Assembly (NCBI RefSeq): GCF_009914755.1
Contig: NC_060929.1
Strand: one strand, 5' to 3'
Origin: the human T2T-CHM13v2.0 reference genome, Homo sapiens
DNA length: 64,000 bases
Below, one piece after another: positions 56,926 to 64,000 of this stretch (within the stretch, counting starts at the first letter, position 1; every line of letters starts with the position of its first letter). The notes beneath the pieces were generated by a model. It did no database searches. It was given only the letters and a program-made list of their open reading frames with translations, and was not told the origin of the DNA. Made by a program: the position numbers and the translations under genes.

Positions 56926-58004
56926 TGTTGCAGGAAGTCAGGGACCCCGAATGGAGGGACCAGCTGAAGCCATGGCAGAAGAACGTGGATTGTGAAGATT
57001 TCATGGACATTTATTAGTTCCCCAAATTAATACTTTTATAATTTCTTATGCCTGTCTTTACTGCTATCTTTGAACATAAATTGTGAAGATTTCATGGACG
57101 CTTATCACCTCCCCAATCAATACCCTTGTGATTTCCTATGCCTGTCTTTACTTTAATCTCTTAATCCCATCATTTTTGTAAACTGAGGAGGATGTATTTC
57201 GCCTCAGGACCCTGTGATGATTGTATTAACTGCACAAATTGTAGAGCAAGTGTGTTTGAACAATATGAAATCTGGGCACCTTGAAAAAAGAACAGGATAA
57301 CAGCAATGTTCAGGGAACAAGAGAGATAACCTTAAACTCTGACTGCCGGTGAGCCAGGTGGAACAGTGCCATATTTCTCTTCTTTCAAAAGCAAATGGGA
57401 GAAATATCGCTGAATTCTTTTTCTCAGCAAGGAATACCCCTGAGAAAGAGAATGCACCCCTGAGGGTAGGTCTCTGAAATGGCCTCCTTGGGTGTGGCCA
57501 TCTTCTATGGTCAAGACTGTAGGGATGAAATAAGCCCCAGTCTCCCATAGCGCTCCCAGGCTTATTAGGACGAGGAAATTCCCGCCTAATAAATTTTGGT
57601 CAGACCGGTTGCTCTCAAACCCTGTCTCCTGATAAGATGTTATCAATGACAACGTGTGCCTGAAACTTCATCAGCAATTTTAATTTCACCCCAGTCCTGT
57701 GGTCCTGTGATCTCGCCCTGCCTCCATTTGCCTTGTGATATTCTATTACCTTGTGAAGCATGTGATCTCTGTGACCCACACCCTATTCATACACTCCCTC
57801 TCCTTTTGAAAATCCCTAATAAAAACTTGCTGGTTTTACAGCTTGGGGGGCATCACAGAACCTACGAACATGTGATGTCTCCCCCGGATGCCCAGCTTTA
57901 AAATTTCTCTCTTTTGTACTCTGTCCCTTTATTTCTCAACCCAGCCAATGCTTAGGGAAAATAGAAAAGAACCTACATGACTATCGGGAGCAGGTTCCCT
58001 GATA
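56926..58004 (+). mobile_element. MER11 (HERV-K11/HML-8) solo LTR, probably MER11B/C
   Basis: Starts TGTTGCAGGAAGTCAGGGACCCC and ends GGTTCCCTGATA; about 1.08 kb; internal TTGTGAAGATTTCATGGAC repeat; AATAAA near 57818. Confidence 0.9.
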
Positions 58005-58330
58005 TCTCAAAGTGCTGGGATTACAGCTGGGATTACAGGCATGAACCACCATGCCTGGCCTTCTCTTTCCTTTTAATTTCAATGCAAAACTTGTGCAAAA
58101 GGCATTCCACACACTGCAGCTTCTACCTACTCACCTGATATTCATTCTCAACCATGAAATCCTCTACCTACCAAAGCTCCTCTTTCTTTACCAATAATTT
58201 CTATCACTAAATCCAATAAATTTTCTTTAATTATTTGATTATAAATCAGAGAAACTGTTGGAAACATAAATATAAGGACATATGAAGAAAAGTAAAATCA
58301 TCCACAATCTATCAGACAGAAGGCCACTGT
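58005..58330 (+). repeat. Right copy of the ~330-bp direct repeat flanking MER11
   Basis: Begins exactly at the LTR end and ends in aggccactgt, as the left copy does immediately before the LTR. Confidence 0.95.
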
Positions 58331-59326
58331 GAATATTCTGACTTGGCCTTTTGACTATGTGCCACACACACATGCAGTGCATGCACACAAAGAAATTGGG
58401 ACTGCATTAGCTTTAGTAATCTACACTTGGTTTTGTATGTTTTGTTTTTTGTTTTTTGTTTTTTTTTCAAAATAACTTTACCTCACAACTATTACTTGGG
58501 CCTTTAAAATAATTTTAAATGACTCAACTATATCCTATGATATGGATATACTATGATTTATCTAATCATTTTCCATTTAGGACTTTTTGTGTTTCCCATT
58601 TTTTTTTCCGATGAAGAAACCCCCAGTAAGAATTCTAGTAGAAAAATCTTTGCATACACCTCTGATTTGTATGTATTTCCTTAGGAAAGAGTCCTAGATT
58701 TTGAAATTTCTGGATCAAAGGTTTAAGGTCTTTTGTTCTTACTGTTAATGTGTTTTCCAGGAAGTTTACAGCAATTTATACTTCCGATGTCTGTATAAGA
58801 CCACTTACCTTAACCTACCCTCACCAGCATTAAATATATTGTTCCTGGGTATTCTTAAATTTTTTGTTCAACAGCAAAGGCAAAGAAAAAAAAAAAGCCA
58901 TTTCATTAGACTTTTAACCACCCTAGCAAGCAAATAAAATTAAACTTACTCTTCTTATTTTTGTACCTTTGCCTCCCACCACCTTTTTTCCTCCTTTTAC
59001 CTCTCTATTTTGACCAACTTTCAGACTCAGGAAAAAATCCCATCCTCTTTGACATTCCCAACTGCTATGGTCATGGCTGCTTTTTTTCCTCCAAAGAGCT
59101 AGAATACAGAGGTTCCCCAAGGGTTTCTTCAATCCCCGTTTATTCTATTCAAGTCACTGCTTTGGCAATGGCATTCACTCACAGACAAAATGAGCCTCCA
59201 CCACCAGCCACAGCTCAAGACCTGAACATCTGCTTCATATAAACCACCTTGATATTCCAGTTCTGCAACACTGACCTCTTTTCCAATCTCTTAGTGTCTG
59301 TGTTTCTTACCCCAGTTTGCACCTAA

Positions 59327-59740
<414 letters not shown>

Positions 59741-60714
59741 TGATTGTTGTTGTCCTTACCCCCAGTCTTTCCCACAAACTTTTTATGACTACTACAAAAA
59801 ACCTTCTTCCTAAAATACAGATCTGGGTACATCATTCCCTCTGCTTCAAAGTTTTCTATATTTTTCTTCTACTGAGAAAATCTACAATTCTTAAGATAGT
59901 ATTCCAGGCTCTACGTATGACCCAAATCTACCAATATTCCAGAATTATCTTCTACTATATATCCTCCCACAATACCCTGAGTTCTACAAGTAGCTCTGTT
60001 TCATTAACATTCAACATTACCCTGTAATCTTTACTTATACTATTCATTTTAGTTTCTTTCACAAATCTTGAACCAAATCCAGCCCTATAAAAAGCCAAGT
60101 TCAAAATCCCCCTCATTCCAAGACCTTCCATAACTACCCTGGCCAGAAGTTCTTTCCTCTCTTCTGCAAGACTATAGTGCCCTAATAGCACTAGTCATAT
60201 TCTGTATTAGAAAGTATGTGCATGTACAACCTAGATTATCAAGTCATTGAAAACTTAAATCGACCAGGCACGGTGGCTCACGCCTATAATCCCAGCACTT
60301 TGGGAGGCCAAGGCGCGAGGATCACCTGAGGTCAGGAGTTTGAGACTAGCCTGATCAATAAGGAGAAATCCTGTCTCTACTAAAAAAAAAAAAAAAAAAA
60401 AAAATTAGCCGGGCGTGGTGGCACATGCCTGTAATCCCAGGTACACAAGAGGCTGAGGCAGGAGAATCACTTGAACCTAGGAGACGGAGGTTGCACTGAG
60501 CCCACATCACACGACTGCACTCTAGCCGGGGCGACAAGAATGAAACTCCGTCTCAAGAAAAAAAAAAAAAAGAAAGAAAACTTAAATCAGGTATTTTTGC
60601 TTATACTGTCCAAGTAAACAGGTATTATTGTGTATTGCCCAACTGAACTAACGTATTCAAATAATAAGAGTATCACTGAACTTCTTAGCTGGGGTTGGGG
60701 GGAAGAAATGGTGA

Positions 60715-61213
<499 letters not shown>

Positions 61214-61455
61214 TAATGAATACCTACTAAGTGTTCTAGATAATAGGGATGTAATAAAGAACAAAACAGACAAAAATTTCAGCCCTCATAAAGTTTTTTT
61301 TTTTTCTTCAAAGACAGGGTCTCACCGTGTTGCCCAGGCTGAACTGCAGTGGTGTGATCACCACGCACTGCAGCCTTACCTCCTGGGCTCAGGTGATCTT
61401 CCCACCTCAGCCTCCCAAGTAGCTGGGACCACAGGGGAGCACCACTACACCTGGC

Positions 61456-61489
<34 letters not shown>

Positions 61490-62629
61490 ATTTTTGTACA
61501 GATGGGTTCTCCTCCTTACATTGCACAGGCAGGTTTCAAACTCCCAGGCTCAAATGACGCTCTCACCATGACCTCCCAAAGTGCTAGGATTACAGGCATG
61601 AGCCACTGTGAGTAGCCCCATGAAGTTTTAATCTAATAGTGGGAGACAGACAATAAACAGACTAGTAATATAAAAGAAATGGCTGGGCATGGTGCCTGAT
61701 GCTTGTAATCCCAACACTTTAGGAGACTGAGGTAGGAAAATCGCTTGAGGCCAGGAGTTTGAGGTTACAGTGAGTATGATCATACCACTGCACTCCAGCC
61801 TGGGAAAGAGTGAGACCTTGTCTCTAAAAATAAAAATTAAAAGATATATAAAATAATTATAACACTATCTAAAGTGGGGAGGGGGCCAGGTGCAGTGGCT
61901 CACGCCTGTAATCCCAGCACTTTGGGAAGCTGAGGCACACAGATCACTTGAGGTCAGGAGTTTGAGACCAGCCTGGCCAACACTGTGAAACCCCGTCTCT
62001 ACTAAAAATACAAAAATTAGCCGGGCGTGGTGGCACATGCCTGTAATCCCAGCTACCTGGGAGGCTGAGGCAGGAGAATGGCTTGAACCTGGGGGGCAGA
62101 GGCTGTACTGTGCCGAGACTGTGCCACTGCACTCCAGCCTGGGCAACAGAGACAGACTCCATCTCAGGAAAAAAAAAAAAAGTGCGGCGGAATGCGAAGC
62201 AGGGAAAAAGGACAAAAAGTTCAGAGACTGGAGTGGGTGGGTAAGTGGGAGGGCCTGCCATAAACAGACAGTGATGAGGAGATTTGGTAAAACTGAGGAA
62301 GTATCTGCAAGACTAGGTAAGAATGTAAGCTAAGGAGATATCCACAAATAAGCAATCCAGATAGGACTTATGATTTAGCTGTCTCAATCCTGACTATCAC
62401 AGCCAATATTCCGTAGTGCCTATAGCTATATTTTGATAGCTAGAAGGCACTGGAAGGTTTTAGGAAGAGAAGTGGCATTATCTAATTTTCCTCTTAAAAG
62501 GATCATTCTGGCTCAGTGTTGAGAACATACCATCAAGAAACAAAGATGAGGAGATTAATTAGGAGGCAATATTAATCCAGGTGAGAGGATGGCAGTAGAA
62601 ACAGTAAAAAGTGGTCAGACTTATCTTCT

Positions 62630-63288
<659 letters not shown>

Positions 63289-64000
63289 ATGCTTGGTAAA
63301 AATATACCAGTGGAAATGCTGGGTGCCTAGTTGGATATAGCAATCTAAAGTTCCAAAACAGGTCTGGACTCGAGATACAAATTTGGGAATCAGTAGCACA
63401 TAGATGGTAGGTAGAGCCATTAGACTAAACAAGATTACCAAGGAAGTGAATAAAAATAAGCAATCTGAGAAATGGGCCCTGGGCCATTCCAAATTTAAGA
63501 GATTCAGAAGAGGAAGAGCAATCAGCAGAGGGGAATGAGAAAGAACAGCCAGTGTAGGTAAAAAAAAAAAAAAAAAAAAAAACCGAGTGAGATATCCTGA
63601 ATGCCAAGTGAAAAAAGTATATCAAGGTAGTGGGAGTAATTAATTGAATCAAACCTTGCTGTTAGGTCAAGTAAAACATTCAACAGACATCACTGGTGAC
63701 TTGCAAAAGCTATTTCAGAGGAATGAATGGTCGGAGGAAAGGATCACTGCAGTGAATTTAAGAGAGAATGGGAGGAGAAGAGTTAAAGAAAAGAGACACA
63801 GACAATTCTTCCAGCAATTCTATTTATAAAGGGAAGCAGAGAAATCAGGGTGTATGTGCTAGAATGGGATGGGGGGAGTCGAGAGAGGGTTTTTTCTGAA
63901 CTTGGAAGAAATAACAGTATAAATGTTTTACACTGATGGGAATGACTAGGTAGACAGGCAGAAACTGATAATCCAGGAAAGGGCAAGAGGACAACTATAG

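Noticed and set aside
56991-57155. Two tandem-like TTGTGAAGATTTCATGGAC...CCTGTCTTTACT units resembling a repeat-spacer array
   Set aside because: Normal internal repeat of MER11 LTRs; not CRISPR-like, and the DNA is eukaryotic.
57204-57901. ORFs inside the MER11 LTR
   Set aside because: No gag/pol/env similarity; chance ORFs in a solo LTR.

Overview
Human (or near-human ape) genomic DNA that I recognise as the PKD2L2/FAM13B locus (5q31). The + strand carries the last coding exons of the TRPP channel gene PKD2L2 (pore LGD filter, S6, C-tail) and two alternative 3' ends. The - strand carries 14 GT-AG, phase-compatible 3' exons of FAM13B (42845 down to the stop at 20621) and a ~2.3 kb 3'UTR. 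The two genes overlap tail-to-tail. The rest is repeat-rich intron: ~45 Alus/Alu fragments, a full-length but disabled L1PA2/3-type LINE-1 (48971-55057), a MER11 solo LTR, several MER/Tigger DNA transposon fossils and old L1/L2/MIR fragments. Most ORF-track entries are Alu/L1 artefacts. I see no convincing wholly new biological system. The most interesting unexplained structures are: (1) a MER11 LTR flanked by a ~330-bp direct repeat instead of a 5-6 bp TSD; (2) an open L1 ORF0 whose antisense promoter points into FAM13B, with splice donors in frame with downstream FAM13B exons, one strengthened by a CpG transition; (3) a 26-nt 3' transduction tag on that L1; (4) a candidate FAM13B poison exon whose donor lies only 46 nt from a perfect TACTAAC branch point; (5) PKD2L2 alternative terminal exons built from the antisense FAM13B 3'UTR and from an Alu. 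Repeat subfamily names and boundaries were assigned by eye and are approximate.
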